This document shows positions 9,174 to 19,374 of a DNA stretch of 62,625 nucleotides, piece after piece. The DNA is from a virus (Duplodnaviria > Caudoviricetes). Position 1 is the stretch's first letter. Every line of letters begins with the position of its first letter. Both the position numbers and the translations under genes were made by a program. Below the pieces are notes generated by a model. The model made no database searches. It was not told the DNA's origin and saw only the letters and a program-made list of their open reading frames with translations. Location: positions 1 to 62,625 of the IMG/VR virus record IMGVR_UViG_3300042475_004015; one strand, 5' to 3'.

Positions 9174-10718
9174 ATGCCTACTGTATTAAATTTTAAAGAA
9201 ATCATAGATCTTCCTTTATGGAGACCTAATTCGCCGGCTTTTGTAGCTACTGCTGCTGGGGGATCTTTTGCTTATGATATGAGAAACACACAGCGAAATA
9301 GCCCATATAATTATTTCCTACACAACGCTACCTCTCTATATGCCTATGCTCCAAAAAATGATGAGTGGATGCTTATTGGTTCTCCAGCTTTAGCTGGAAC
9401 TTTTGGAGCTGGTGCTACCGCGATATTTCACCCAACTCAAGGCCCAAGAGGCACTATTGCGGCTGGTGCAACAACGACTACCTTTACACTAACTACTGCC
9501 TTACCTGCAGCTGTTGGAGCTAATCAATTAGCTAACAGGGGTGATGGTAAAGGTTTTCGTATAAGGCTTATTGGTAACAGCGCTGGCGGCTCAGGAAGAG
9601 TTGAAGAACGTATTATTATTGCTAATACTGCCGGTACTACACCCACTATTACAGTCGACTCTGCCTTTACCTTTACTCCGGCCTTAGGTAATACCTATGA
9701 GATACTAAGTGGCAGGGTGTTTATGCTTTCAGCGGGTACTCTGGCTGCTGGTATGTGGAAATGGTATGACTTAGCTACTAACTCTTTCAGTGGTAACTTG
9801 ACTACAACCAACTTACCTGCAACTGTGGCAGGGGATTCATCTCTTGTAGCATTGTCTGAGGGCCATATACCTAATAACCGTAATGAATTTACTGGGATGT
9901 TAAACACAATAACGGCCAGTGCAGCAACAGGTACAACCATCGTAGCAGCCACAGGTGTATCAAATGCCTTATTCGCTGATGAATACAGAAACTTTCAAGT
10001 AAGGGTTGTGGAAGATACAACCACACCAACAGCTGTAGGTCAGAGGAGGAGGATTAGTACTCATACCTCTGGTTTAACCCCTACTTTTACAGTAGCTGCT
10101 TGGGCGGTAACACCCTCGGCTACCGCGAAATTTGTGATTGAGAACGATGATGATAAAATTTTGCTATTCACTAACCAAACCGCTGTTTATACTTACAACA
10201 TAACAGCTAACACTTGGGATACTACTACTTTTGCTGCTGCGGCTGCTGCTGGAGCTGCAGGTATTGTTGCTAGCCAAGCTTTTGGCATAACACGTGATAC
10301 TATAGGAAATACTAGGCACTCACAGATTTACCGTATTAGAGGTGGTGCTGTAAACACTATTGACGTATTTGATATAGCCGGGGCTGCTACAGGGCTATGG
10401 TCAGCTGATATAGGTTATGGTAATAAAGGTGGGACAACTTTTACAACTGGTACTTGTGGTGCCTATGATCCTGTAACGCTTGATGGAAGGTATATGTATA
10501 TTAACCCAGGTAGTACTACAGGGCAAAGATTCTTAAGATTCGATGTCCGTAATAGGGTACTTGAGCCATGGGCTTACCTAAGAGTACCGGGTAGTACAGC
10601 AGTTGTTGGTGCAAAATTAGCTCTATCCTACTTTTTTGATGGAGCCACAAAACTTAGCTATTTGTCAGTTTTGCAAAACACAAGCATTAACCAATACTCT
10701 ATAGCTTGTCAAAATTAA
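9174..10718 (+). CDS. Beta-rich Thr/Ala/Gly-rich putative virion protein (propeller-like)
   Basis: 514 aa; repeated Y.Y.I..N.W / F..YD...N motifs; two similar inserted beta domains. Confidence 0.55.
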   Translation: MPTVLNFKEIIDLPLWRPNSPAFVATAAGGSFAYDMRNTQRNSPYNYFLHNATSLYAYAPKNDEWMLIGSPALAGTFGAGATAIFHPTQGPRGTIAAGATTTTFTLTTALPAAVGANQLANRGDGKGFRIRLIGNSAGGSGRVEERIIIANTAGTTPTITVDSAFTFTPALGNTYEILSGRVFMLSAGTLAAGMWKWYDLATNSFSGNLTTTNLPATVAGDSSLVALSEGHIPNNRNEFTGMLNTITASAATGTTIVAATGVSNALFADEYRNFQVRVVEDTTTPTAVGQRRRISTHTSGLTPTFTVAAWAVTPSATAKFVIENDDDKILLFTNQTAVYTYNITANTWDTTTFAAAAAAGAAGIVASQAFGITRDTIGNTRHSQIYRIRGGAVNTIDVFDIAGAATGLWSADIGYGNKGGTTFTTGTCGAYDPVTLDGRYMYINPGSTTGQRFLRFDVRNRVLEPWAYLRVPGSTAVVGAKLALSYFFDGATKLSYLSVLQNTSINQYSIACQN

Positions 10719-10847
10719 CAAGTTAATATCACCAACACTGTCTTCCTATATATGGTAGAGTTATTCATTAACTCTGCGGGTGATGGTTGACATTAATAGT
10801 TAGATAACTATGATACATATAAATCTAAATCTAAATAAGGTGACACT

Positions 10848-11336
10848 GTGTCTACTAAAGAGTTTTTAAGTCAAGAGTACCTAGAGCTGATGATCCTAAG
10901 GGGCATTACTGACTTTACTGGGCTTCACCTAGGCGGTTTAAAAGCCATGGGTGTTGATTTTAGTAAAGCCTTTTTTAATAATACAAACTTAAATGGTGTT
11001 GATTTTAGAGAAGCTAGGTTCTTTAAAAACAAGGATGTTTTTATCGACTGTTTTATGATAGAAACTATCTTTAAAAGCTGTGACTTATCCAAGGTAGGTT
11101 TCTTTCGTAATCAAATGGCTCGTAGCGATTTTCAGTTGGCCGACTTAACGGGCTCAGACTTTGTTGAGTGTGACCTAAGAGGTGCTATTTTTAATAACGC
11201 TACTTTAAAAAAGACCGTATTTAAAGAATGTATTTTAGATGATGTAAACTTTAGTAGGTCGAGTACACTTGAGGATGCTTCTTTTATTAACTGCATTTTA
11301 GGTGGAGTAACCGTCCGTACAATTAAGATGGTGTAA
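10848..11336 (+). CDS. Pentapeptide repeat protein
   Basis: TNLNG VDFRE ARF; SDFQL ADLTG SDFVE CDLRG AIFNN ATL; TTGACA-N16-TATGAT upstream. Confidence 0.9.
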   Translation: MSTKEFLSQEYLELMILRGITDFTGLHLGGLKAMGVDFSKAFFNNTNLNGVDFREARFFKNKDVFIDCFMIETIFKSCDLSKVGFFRNQMARSDFQLADLTGSDFVECDLRGAIFNNATLKKTVFKECILDDVNFSRSSTLEDASFINCILGGVTVRTIKMV

Positions 11337-11344
11337 TTTAGTGT

Positions 11345-12494
11345 ATGGCTTGGACTGACGAACAAAATAATATACTATTCTACCACGTGTCTCGTGTGTG
11401 CGTTAGGATGAAAGAGCAAAAAAAAGCTAACTATGACCCTAAGGTTACTTGTGATAGTCTTAGGTTATTATTAGAGGATAAATACGATGGGGAAAAAGTT
11501 ATTAAAGCAACTATCGAGATAATTCACAAAAAGAGTCGTATACCATTATCATTAGAGATAGAGAGGTTTATAAATGGAGAACATTGAACAGTCTTGCTAC
11601 AGTCAGCATAGGTCGATTAGGCATAAGAGACTAGACTGTGAGGTAGAATTTAAGCTTATAACAAAAAACAAGAAGCCACATCTTTATATTAAGACTTCAA
11701 AGAGATATGAAAAGATTGCTACATTTATTGATAGAGAAGATGCCATACTGATGTTTAGTGTTTTAGAAAGAGCTTTCGTACAAAAAGACCCTAATGCTGC
11801 TATGGAATTTTTATACAGGGATGAAAATTATAGTCAAATACCGTTTTAAAGGTCAAATAGCCTAACTTAGGCCAGTAAAGACAGGGTTGAAAAGAATATA
11901 AATCCATCTACAATAATAACTACTTCTTAAATAATAAGGTTAATCGCTATGGAACAAAGTAAAACAAAAGATCACTTTAAAGGTATAAACAGGATTGAGA
12001 TTAGCGGCGTACAAGCTATCTTTTTATCTCAAGACAAAGACACTACTGTTAGGGATGAGTATGGTAACAAGATATGGTATGGGGATCAGTGGTATTACTT
12101 TTGTGAGGAAGATCAAAATTATGTATCTTGTTATATACCCAGGGCTTATGGCGGTGGAAGTTTCTACAGTCCCCCTAAGGCGTTCTTCCTTTGTGATAAG
12201 TAGGGATTAATTATGGAAAAAGTACTCTACGGCCTGTGGCATATTCAGCATGGTGATCTACTAACAGTTACAGCTGAATCTAATAATAGAACCGATTGTG
12301 TAGATATCCATCACGACTTAAGTGTTGGTGATGACAATTATTGGTTAGTAAAGGATAGAACAGTTGCCGAGAAAGCTTCTGTTCATAGCGAAGCTTGGTA
12401 CAATGCTAGCTATGATACGCCTAGTAACAGGTACAAGGGTGAAACAAAAGTAGTTAAAGTAGTAGTATGTGTAGAAGAACAGGAGTTATCATGA
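11345..12494 (+). CDS. Four small hypothetical genes (11345-11587, 11574-11849, 11949-12203, 12213-12494)
   Basis: Closely packed co-oriented ORFs. Confidence 0.55.
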
Positions 12495-12805
12495 AAAAAT
12501 CACTACTTATTGGATTAAAATGTATTGTTAGAACATACTCTGCTGGGGTTTGGTTTGGCGAGATTATGGAGAAAAGCGGATCAGAGGTCATTTTAAAAGA
12601 TGCTAGACGTTTATGGTCTTGGAAGACAAATTTTGGAATCTCTTTAAGCGCTGTAGCTGTTTATGGAATAGATCGCCTAGAAAGTAAGGTTACAACACGT
12701 GTACCTCTGGTATGGTTAGAGGCGACTGAGATAATACCAGCATCAGAGGTTGCCATTGAATCTATCTCTGGGTGTCCAGAGGCAAAAGCACAAAAGTATG
12801 TGTAG
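12491..12805 (+). CDS. DUF6948-like conserved phage protein
   Basis: IVRTYSAGVWFG, VILKDARRLWSW, SLSAVA..GI, EIIP; AGGAG RBS. Confidence 0.75.
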   Translation: MKKSLLIGLKCIVRTYSAGVWFGEIMEKSGSEVILKDARRLWSWKTNFGISLSAVAVYGIDRLESKVTTRVPLVWLEATEIIPASEVAIESISGCPEAKAQKYV

Positions 12806-14668
12806 TTAAGATGTGTTCTATACAAGCAGAAAAAGCCTACGATGTTGACTCATTTGACAGCGTCCGTGAGATTTTAAGCGGTTACGGCGATGCTTTTGGT
12901 TATGGTTGGGGTTGTGGCTATGATAACCTTCAGGGTATTAATACAATAAGTGGCCCCATAAACCCTGACCCTAGCGCATACCTAGAACCGAAACCGCCAA
13001 TTACTTTTGAGGAACTCGGTAGAGGTGGATACAACTACATGAATGGTACTTATAGAAATAAGACATCGTGTAAGATGGATGGCACCGGCATTACTGTTCT
13101 GAATTGTAGTGAAAAAGACCCTAAAACTATAGAGGATGAAGTTGAGCAATTTATAATTAGAGCTATCAAGGGCAAAACCTCTCTTAAGATAGCCAGAAAG
13201 CTGTAGTATCTATAACTAACGTAAGTTATAAGTGTAAGTACAGATGCGGCTCACTTTTTCAATGATAATCAATACGTTAAATAATCACCCGCAGTCCATA
13301 TCATAGGTCGTTGAATGCAGTTTTTCCTGTGTTATTGTTCTTTTATGTCAATAAACACAGGAGAACAACATGACGCAGTCAAGACTAACACCAGTAATTA
13401 ATAAAATCATAAAAGTACTTAATGAATGCGATTTAAACTCGGATGAGGTACTTGCAGTAATCGCTATTTTAGGGCCAATAGTTGCTGATACTTTAGGCAT
13501 AGATATAGAAGAAGCTTATGATAGAGCTATGTGCGTCGTTAGAGAGGAAAACAGAAAGGCAGTCGCTAATGACCTGGCAATATCTTAACCCCTTTCCTTT
13601 ATCTAATAAGCATATTGGGTTGATTTATGAGACCAAGGAAAATCAACTGGTAGAGCTTATTTGTAAAAAGTTAGTACCAAACCCCTACCAAGGTAACCTA
13701 TCGCCAGTGTGGATTGTGAAGCCCTACCCACACCAGGCAGACAGGTTTTATGAAGTTGACAGCAGAGGTCGTAGCAGAGGTGGAGGTGTCGGACTACAGT
13801 GGTATGCACCTGTAGAGGTCAGGCACCTAAGCGATATTGAGGCCGTTATCTTATCACTTAGTCATAATGTGGTAATTACTGAAACGGGGCAAAGGGTTAG
13901 GTTTCACAATAATCGTTGGCGTGAGGTCAGCGACAAAGGTACTGTACTACTTGAAAGCTATTGGCCAGATAAAGACACTAAGTTTTACCTATGGAACTGT
14001 AGTAAAATCCAGGTGTCGGAGAATATAAGAGCTAAGTTAAGAAAGATATTAAGTGGTAACTACAAAAGCAACTACAACCTAACTGGAGTACAAAATGACT
14101 AAGCACGAACCCAACTATACCCGCCAAGAGTTATTGTCTATCTTAAGGGAGCATGCCTCAACGCCTATTGGTGACCCACTTAGAGGTTTTGCACTACCCA
14201 GTCGTGTTATCTTTAATGGTAGAGAGGGCATGATCGTAGCGCAATACATTAAAGAGGTAGTGAATCTCACCTATTATGATAAGCGAGACGGATCAGCTAT
14301 ACAAGTTAGTTTAAACACTACAGGTGTTATAGCCTTGGTAGAGTTCATAAGAGAGGTTTTTATAGACAAGGTTAACTCTGAAAAATTGGTAGAGGACTAA
14401 TATGATAAAGCTCATACAAGAGTATTTAGCACAAGACAACCATCTTACTGCTGCACCCGTCTTTATTACTACAGATGAATACCCGAGAGCATTTTTACTT
14501 GCCTCGGAGGCAGAGGAGTATGCCAAAAACCGGGGTGTATCGTTTCATATTTGTTCCTTGCCGCCTGGGTCGTCTATTCGCTATCTGTTATATCAGGCAG
14601 TCAATAACCTCCGCAGTCAATTAACCCCCCAAGAGCTTGACCAAGCAAGGAATTTACTTATCCTGTAG
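12772..14668 (+). CDS. Five early hypothetical genes (12772-13206, 13370-13588, 13518-14102, 14095-14400, 14402-14668); starts uncertain
   Basis: Co-oriented, tightly packed ORFs, several with GGAG/GAGG RBS. Confidence 0.5.
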
Positions 14669-14672
14669 AATA

Positions 14673-14730
14673 GTGGTATCAATTTATTGTTGCAATGTTT
14701 ATGTTTAAAACAACAAACAAACACAACAAA
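14673..14730 (+). promoter_or_regulatory. Phage-specific promoter motif copy
   Basis: GTGGTA, TATGTT 27 nt downstream, CA-rich leader. Confidence 0.5.
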
Positions 14731-14741
14731 AGGTGAACACT

Positions 14742-15119
14742 ATGAGACTCTCCAACACAAAATTAAGAGACATGTGGGGCATGAAAGCTGTATGCAACCG
14801 TGAACTACAACGAGTGTTAAATAAATACTATAACAATCATGATAGTGTTGTTTATCGTGGCTTGCTTAGTGCAATAAATAGGTTCTTAGGGTATCATGAT
14901 GAATTTGGTCATTATCATCCAGGTGACTACAGAGACTGCGGTATTATTAAAAACGGTATCATCACCTTTGATGAGCTTACCTTAGTGTATTCATACCAAC
15001 AAACCCTAGATGGACCACATGAGCCTACTTATGAACAAGCCTTATCACTTGTTCGCTCAACAGATGCTTTGTATAACCTACAAGCTGTTGTAGAAGCCTA
15101 TCACCTCAACTACATTTAA
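14742..15119 (+). CDS. Hypothetical protein, paralogue of 19013-19372
   Basis: VYRGLLSAINRFLG / VYSGLIKCINDFLG; RSTDALYNLQ / RDTDAVNKLQ. Confidence 0.7.
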   Translation: MRLSNTKLRDMWGMKAVCNRELQRVLNKYYNNHDSVVYRGLLSAINRFLGYHDEFGHYHPGDYRDCGIIKNGIITFDELTLVYSYQQTLDGPHEPTYEQALSLVRSTDALYNLQAVVEAYHLNYI

Positions 15120-15132
15120 TAGAGAGTTTATC

Positions 15133-15496
15133 ATGACAAAGTACCCTGCAAAGAAAAAGAAAGAACTGTTGCAAACGCTGGAGAAGCTTAGACAAGATTT
15201 AAGCAAGGCAACCGACAAGAGGAGAGTCGAGCTATTAAAACAATCTATTAAAGATTGCGAGAGAATCTTAAAAACCACAAAGGAGTAGTAACATGGTCAC
15301 CCTTATCGTTCTTATCATTAACATGGCTAATCTTGAGCCTCAACAAAGTGTCCATCTACAGAAGTATAAGACTGTAGAGCAATGTCAGCGTGTCGGTGAA
15401 GAGATTATAAAGCTCGAGACCGACGAACTTAAAAAGCGAGATGCCTTAAATAAAAATGGCAAAAGCTACCAGATCACGTTCCGTTGTATTAAGTAG
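15133..15496 (+). CDS. Two small hypothetical genes (15133-15288 basic, not in track; 15293-15496)
   Basis: Open frames with RBS-like sequences. Confidence 0.5.
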
Positions 15497-15504
15497 AGGT
15501 TAAC

Positions 15505-15864
15505 ATGCAGAGTCAAGAGATAATTATTCTACAGCACATTTTGGCCGAACTACAGGGTATAAGTGCAAGTATCACTAATGCCTTGTCGGTCCAAAGAGTA
15601 AAAATCCCTAGAGCAGCTAAGATCTCTCAGGCACAACAGTTAGTCTATGATACAATGGTAAAACTACATGAGGAAGATATAGCACCCACCCGTAGGATCA
15701 TAGCTGAGCGATCCGGTATGGATATGATACAGACCTCAAATACCGTTCAGTCTATGCTACGAAATGGTCTTATAAACTATACTGGTATAAGTACTTGTAC
15801 TATAACAGGCCGTAGAGTTCAGTCGTTTACAATAAACGCAATAGAACTTAATAAGATAGGCTAA
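15505..15864 (+). CDS. Winged-HTH protein, paralogue of 15892-16269
   Basis: PTRRIIAERSGMDMIQTSNTVQSMLRNGLI. Confidence 0.65.
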   Translation: MQSQEIIILQHILAELQGISASITNALSVQRVKIPRAAKISQAQQLVYDTMVKLHEEDIAPTRRIIAERSGMDMIQTSNTVQSMLRNGLINYTGISTCTITGRRVQSFTINAIELNKIG

Positions 15865-15891
15865 TCCACAACACTAACTACGGGAGTTAAC

Positions 15892-16269
15892 ATGCAAGAG
15901 ATACCAGTACTACAGGAGATTTTAGCTGAATTAAAAGCTATAAGATCGATTATATCTATCCAAGAAAGGCCTTCAGTTAAGCGAGCTATAGACCCGTTTC
16001 CTGAAGACAGAAGATTACCATTAGCTAAAGCAAGGATGGTAGCTAATGAAAAAAGGCTAATCTTAGAGGCTATAAAACAGCTTAATCATGATAATATAGT
16101 AGCTACTCGTAAATCTATAAGCGAGCTCTCAGGTATAGACGTGATACGAGCCTCAAATAGGCTACAGTCTTTAGTAAGTGATGGCCTTGTAGATAGTGAT
16201 ATATTTGAAAGTAGAGAGACCGCCCACAAAGTTCAATCATTTAAGATAGGAGCAAGAGATGCTAATTAA
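15892..16269 (+). CDS. Winged-HTH protein, paralogue of 15505-15864
   Basis: ATRKSISELSGIDVIRASNRLQSLVSDGLV; shared LQxILAEL N-terminus and VQSF C-terminus. Confidence 0.65.
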   Translation: MQEIPVLQEILAELKAIRSIISIQERPSVKRAIDPFPEDRRLPLAKARMVANEKRLILEAIKQLNHDNIVATRKSISELSGIDVIRASNRLQSLVSDGLVDSDIFESRETAHKVQSFKIGARDAN

Positions 16270-16678
16270 AAAGATAAGTATAAATGAGCTTGCAAAGTTA
16301 CTCCATAATACTAACTATGGAGACTGGAGGAATAATAGCGAAGCTTGTTATAAGCTGGCCAAGCACTTGGATGAAGTAGCTACTCTACAGGGTAAGCCTA
16401 TGGAGGTGGACGAGATAAAGTTAGTGCAAGAGTGGGACATCTATAAAAGCCTGAAGCATTGGATGGATGAGCATGGCGTTACGTCTGACAATTTGGAAGA
16501 CCTACCGGGTACTACGTTCATACCTTTAGATAACAGCTTGGGTGGATTGGCAGGCGGATTGATAGCTAAAAACATTAAAAAAGAGCCTTTACGAACTGGT
16601 GATCAGTATTTACTACAGGGTAACCCGACCACTGGTAAATCTTTAAAGGGTCTTTTCATGAGTAGCTTTAAACGATAA
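16259..16678 (+). CDS. Hypothetical protein, three-member paralogue family
   Basis: NYGDW...EACYKLAKHL motif shared with 18303-18608 and 18626-18943. Confidence 0.65.
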   Translation: MLIKKISINELAKLLHNTNYGDWRNNSEACYKLAKHLDEVATLQGKPMEVDEIKLVQEWDIYKSLKHWMDEHGVTSDNLEDLPGTTFIPLDNSLGGLAGGLIAKNIKKEPLRTGDQYLLQGNPTTGKSLKGLFMSSFKR

Positions 16679-16689
16679 CTTAAGAACAC

Positions 16690-16745
16690 GTCGTATAAAG
16701 GCATGATTTTTTGTTCTATATTTAATTATCAACACAAAACAAAGG
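16690..16745 (+). promoter_or_regulatory. Phage-specific promoter motif copy
   Basis: GTCGTA, TATATT 27 nt downstream, then TAATTATCAACACAAAACAAAGG. Confidence 0.55.
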
Positions 16746-16753
16746 AACACAAC

Positions 16754-17153
16754 ATGGAACACAACAATAAATTAGTGCCTTTATTTAAAAACATCATTAT
16801 AGGCACCTTTCAGACGCTTACATTAGCAAAAGCTCATGCTAAAAGGCACTTTCCTAACATGCGAACAGTCATTGTAAAAGATGGCAGTAAATACATCCTA
16901 ATGATAAAGTAGAGAGGATTTTATGGAAGACATCAGAAACCTAATCGACCTTGCTGCTCCTATACTATCACAAGAGGAGCTCAATAACTTTATAGCTTAT
17001 ATAGAAAAAGTGTCTAGTAACTTACACACAATAGTGGATACTGACCTTATTCAAATAAGCAGGGATGAAGCCGAAGCCCTTACTAAAGAGCTGAACTTCA
17101 TCACCTCAGAAGCTAAAAGATACTATCAACACAATACAGGAGATAAGTCATGA
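16754..17153 (+). CDS. Two small hypothetical genes (16754-16912, 16923-17153)
   Basis: AAGGA and GAGGA RBS. Confidence 0.55.
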
Positions 17154-17491
17154 GTAAGTTAATATGTTATTGTTGGGCTAATGGTAACATTGGGTTCAGT
17201 AAGACTCGTGTACCAAAAGGTGCACTACCTGTTGCTACGGGTGATGGTATAAAATGGAGGGGAGAGATAGAGGTTTTATGCAGGCTTGCCTATGATAATA
17301 AGACCTATATAATCTCTGAGGTTAGGGATGCCGTACTTCATGGCGGGGATGCTCTCGAAGCTTTACGTGATTTTATGACTAAGCTGGAGAAGTTGGGTTT
17401 AAAAGACCCTGATACAGTATTAGGTCAAAAGGTAAGAGAGTTAGCAAAGTCTAACCAAGACTTCGTAGATAAAATAAGGAGTAGTATATGA
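17150..17491 (+). CDS. Phage family often annotated as host nuclease inhibitor
   Basis: CYCWANGNIGF...PKGALPVA.G...CRLAYD motif. Confidence 0.5.
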   Translation: MSKLICYCWANGNIGFSKTRVPKGALPVATGDGIKWRGEIEVLCRLAYDNKTYIISEVRDAVLHGGDALEALRDFMTKLEKLGLKDPDTVLGQKVRELAKSNQDFVDKIRSSI

Positions 17492-17757
17492 GCCGAGTTT
17501 TAGTATATCACAGTTCAGACAAGGGCTTTTGTAGAGCCTATTTTTACTTGTATGAGGATGGCGTTAAGACAAAGGCACTTTATTGCCTACAGGAGGGTGG
17601 TCCTGTACCCGGTGTTTATCTTTATCGCTGTACTAGGGAATGGAATCCGTGCTATATGGTGACAATGAGTTCAGAGACTACAATGGAGCCACCTAAAGCT
17701 GGTGTAGATAGTTATGCAACAGGGTTATATAATACTTATCATGGATTAACGGATTAA
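17488..17757 (+). CDS. Hypothetical protein
   Basis: AGGAG RBS, ATGA overlap. Confidence 0.6.
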   Translation: MSRVLVYHSSDKGFCRAYFYLYEDGVKTKALYCLQEGGPVPGVYLYRCTREWNPCYMVTMSSETTMEPPKAGVDSYATGLYNTYHGLTD

Positions 17758-17767
17758 GGTGGTATAG

Positions 17768-18235
17768 ATGTTAAAAATAGGACAAAAGGTGGTTTTTAAC
17801 CATTGTGGGAACTATCCATATAAAAAAGACTTTATCTACTGTGGGTTAGATATAAAGCCAATCGACCATCAGGCTGAAAAACCAAAGCTCTTGCTCTGCA
17901 CTGACTTTGATTATGCAAGAGATTCTTGGGAGACAGTTACTTCGTATAACCCTGATAAGAACTTGGCTCTTATACTACCAGACATACATCAGCTAACTAT
18001 TTTATATGAGCTTAAAGACATCATAGGCTGCTTTCGTGACTACTTTTATTGGTCTTCTACTGAAGATACTATAGACACAGCTATAGGTATTCATTTTGGT
18101 AACGGCAAAGTCTCTACAGGGTCTAAACAGAGGATGTGTTACGTGAGGTACGTTTATTTGATAGCTGAGGAGACGTTAAGGCAGAAGTCACCCTTTTCGT
18201 TTTTAGCGTCGTATTTGGAGGACAATGGCTTATAG
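17768..18235 (+). CDS. DUF1566/Lcl-like domain protein
   Basis: LPDIHQL...FYWSSTE...A.GIHFGNG......K....YVR.V. Confidence 0.65.
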   Translation: MLKIGQKVVFNHCGNYPYKKDFIYCGLDIKPIDHQAEKPKLLLCTDFDYARDSWETVTSYNPDKNLALILPDIHQLTILYELKDIIGCFRDYFYWSSTEDTIDTAIGIHFGNGKVSTGSKQRMCYVRYVYLIAEETLRQKSPFSFLASYLEDNGL

Positions 18236-18239
18236 ATAA

Positions 18240-18275
18240 GTCGTTTTAATCTTTAAGACTTTGTTTATGTTTAAA
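18240..18275 (+). promoter_or_regulatory. Phage-specific promoter motif copy
   Basis: AAGTCGTTTTAAT...TGTTTATGTTTAA. Confidence 0.6.
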
Positions 18276-18302
18276 CATTATCTTAACAAGAGGAAACAAG
18301 TT

Positions 18303-18608
18303 ATGCTTATTACTATTCACAGTGTTAAAGAAGTTGCTGTTATGTTGCAAAAAGCAAACTACGGTGGGTGGAGTAAAGACCCGGAGGCTTGCTTTGCTCT
18401 TGCTCAATACCTTGAAAACCTATCTCAAGAAACAAAAACAGCTATCCAAGTTAATGTGGTAGACCTTGTTCAAAGATTTAGTATCTACAAAAACCTTAAA
18501 GACTATAATAACACGTTTGTGCCAAGTGTAGAAACGATAGATGAGATTAAAAAAGTGACAACAGTTATAAAGCTAGAAAAGGGCCGCTTCATTATTCAAG
18601 ACTTTTAA
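18303..18608 (+). CDS. Hypothetical protein, paralogue family with 16259 and 18626
   Basis: NYGGWSKDPEACFALAQYL...GRFIIQDF; GAGGA RBS. Confidence 0.7.
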   Translation: MLITIHSVKEVAVMLQKANYGGWSKDPEACFALAQYLENLSQETKTAIQVNVVDLVQRFSIYKNLKDYNNTFVPSVETIDEIKKVTTVIKLEKGRFIIQDF

Positions 18609-18625
18609 ACTGGAGACTATGAACT

Positions 18626-18943
18626 ATGTTTATCCAAACTGTCGAGTTATCTCAACATGAAGCTGCTTTACAACTTTTAAGGTCAGACATCTACCCTTGG
18701 AAGGGAGATATTGAGGCATGTATTGAACTTACCGAATACCTATGGAGTAAAGCAGTAGAGGAAAACAAACCTTTTGACTTTAATGTTAAAAAGTTGGTAG
18801 AGCGTTTTGAAGTCTACTATACGGTTGACCTCTTTAACCGAGAGCACAGTACTGCTTTTGAACACCCGGGCGAAATAGCTGATAAGTTAAATATAGTAAT
18901 TATCCCAATCCGTTATGGCCGTTTTATTGCTGAAGTCTTATAG
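18626..18943 (+). CDS. Hypothetical protein, paralogue family with 16259 and 18303
   Basis: YPWKGDIEACIELTEYL...GRFIAEVL; GGAG RBS. Confidence 0.7.
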   Translation: MFIQTVELSQHEAALQLLRSDIYPWKGDIEACIELTEYLWSKAVEENKPFDFNVKKLVERFEVYYTVDLFNREHSTAFEHPGEIADKLNIVIIPIRYGRFIAEVL

Positions 18944-18947
18944 ACAA

Positions 18948-19003
18948 GTCGTTTTAATGTGTTACTAGATTGTTTATGTTTAATTATCAACACAACAAAT
19001 GGA
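18948..19003 (+). promoter_or_regulatory. Phage-specific promoter motif copy
   Basis: AAGTCGTTTTAAT...TGTTTATGTTTAATTATCAACACAACAAATGG. Confidence 0.6.
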
Positions 19004-19012
19004 GCACACAAC

Positions 19013-19372
19013 ATGCAAGTACAAGTCACCACACAGCTGCAAGACCTGTTAGCCGCTAAATACACTAAAACCTTTATGGATGGTGACGTCCATATAATAA
19101 TGACTAAGATAGTCTACAGTGGCCTTATTAAATGTATCAATGACTTTTTAGGCCATGATGGCGAGGATGGTGAGTTCACCGACAACCTACTGGTTAAAAG
19201 CGGGTTTGTTACTATCGACGAAGATACCTTGGTGAAGTCCCACCTACTCTTAGGGAATACTACAACTGATCATGCACGAGCTGTTATACGAGACACTGAT
19301 GCTGTTAATAAACTACAGCAGCTTATCATTGATAACAACCTTACTACACTTGACAATCTTGGAGGAATTTAA
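19013..19372 (+). CDS. Hypothetical protein, paralogue of 14742-15119
   Basis: GGAG RBS; shared motifs with the paralogue. Confidence 0.7.
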   Translation: MQVQVTTQLQDLLAAKYTKTFMDGDVHIIMTKIVYSGLIKCINDFLGHDGEDGEFTDNLLVKSGFVTIDEDTLVKSHLLLGNTTTDHARAVIRDTDAVNKLQQLIIDNNLTTLDNLGGI

Positions 19373-19374
19373 CT

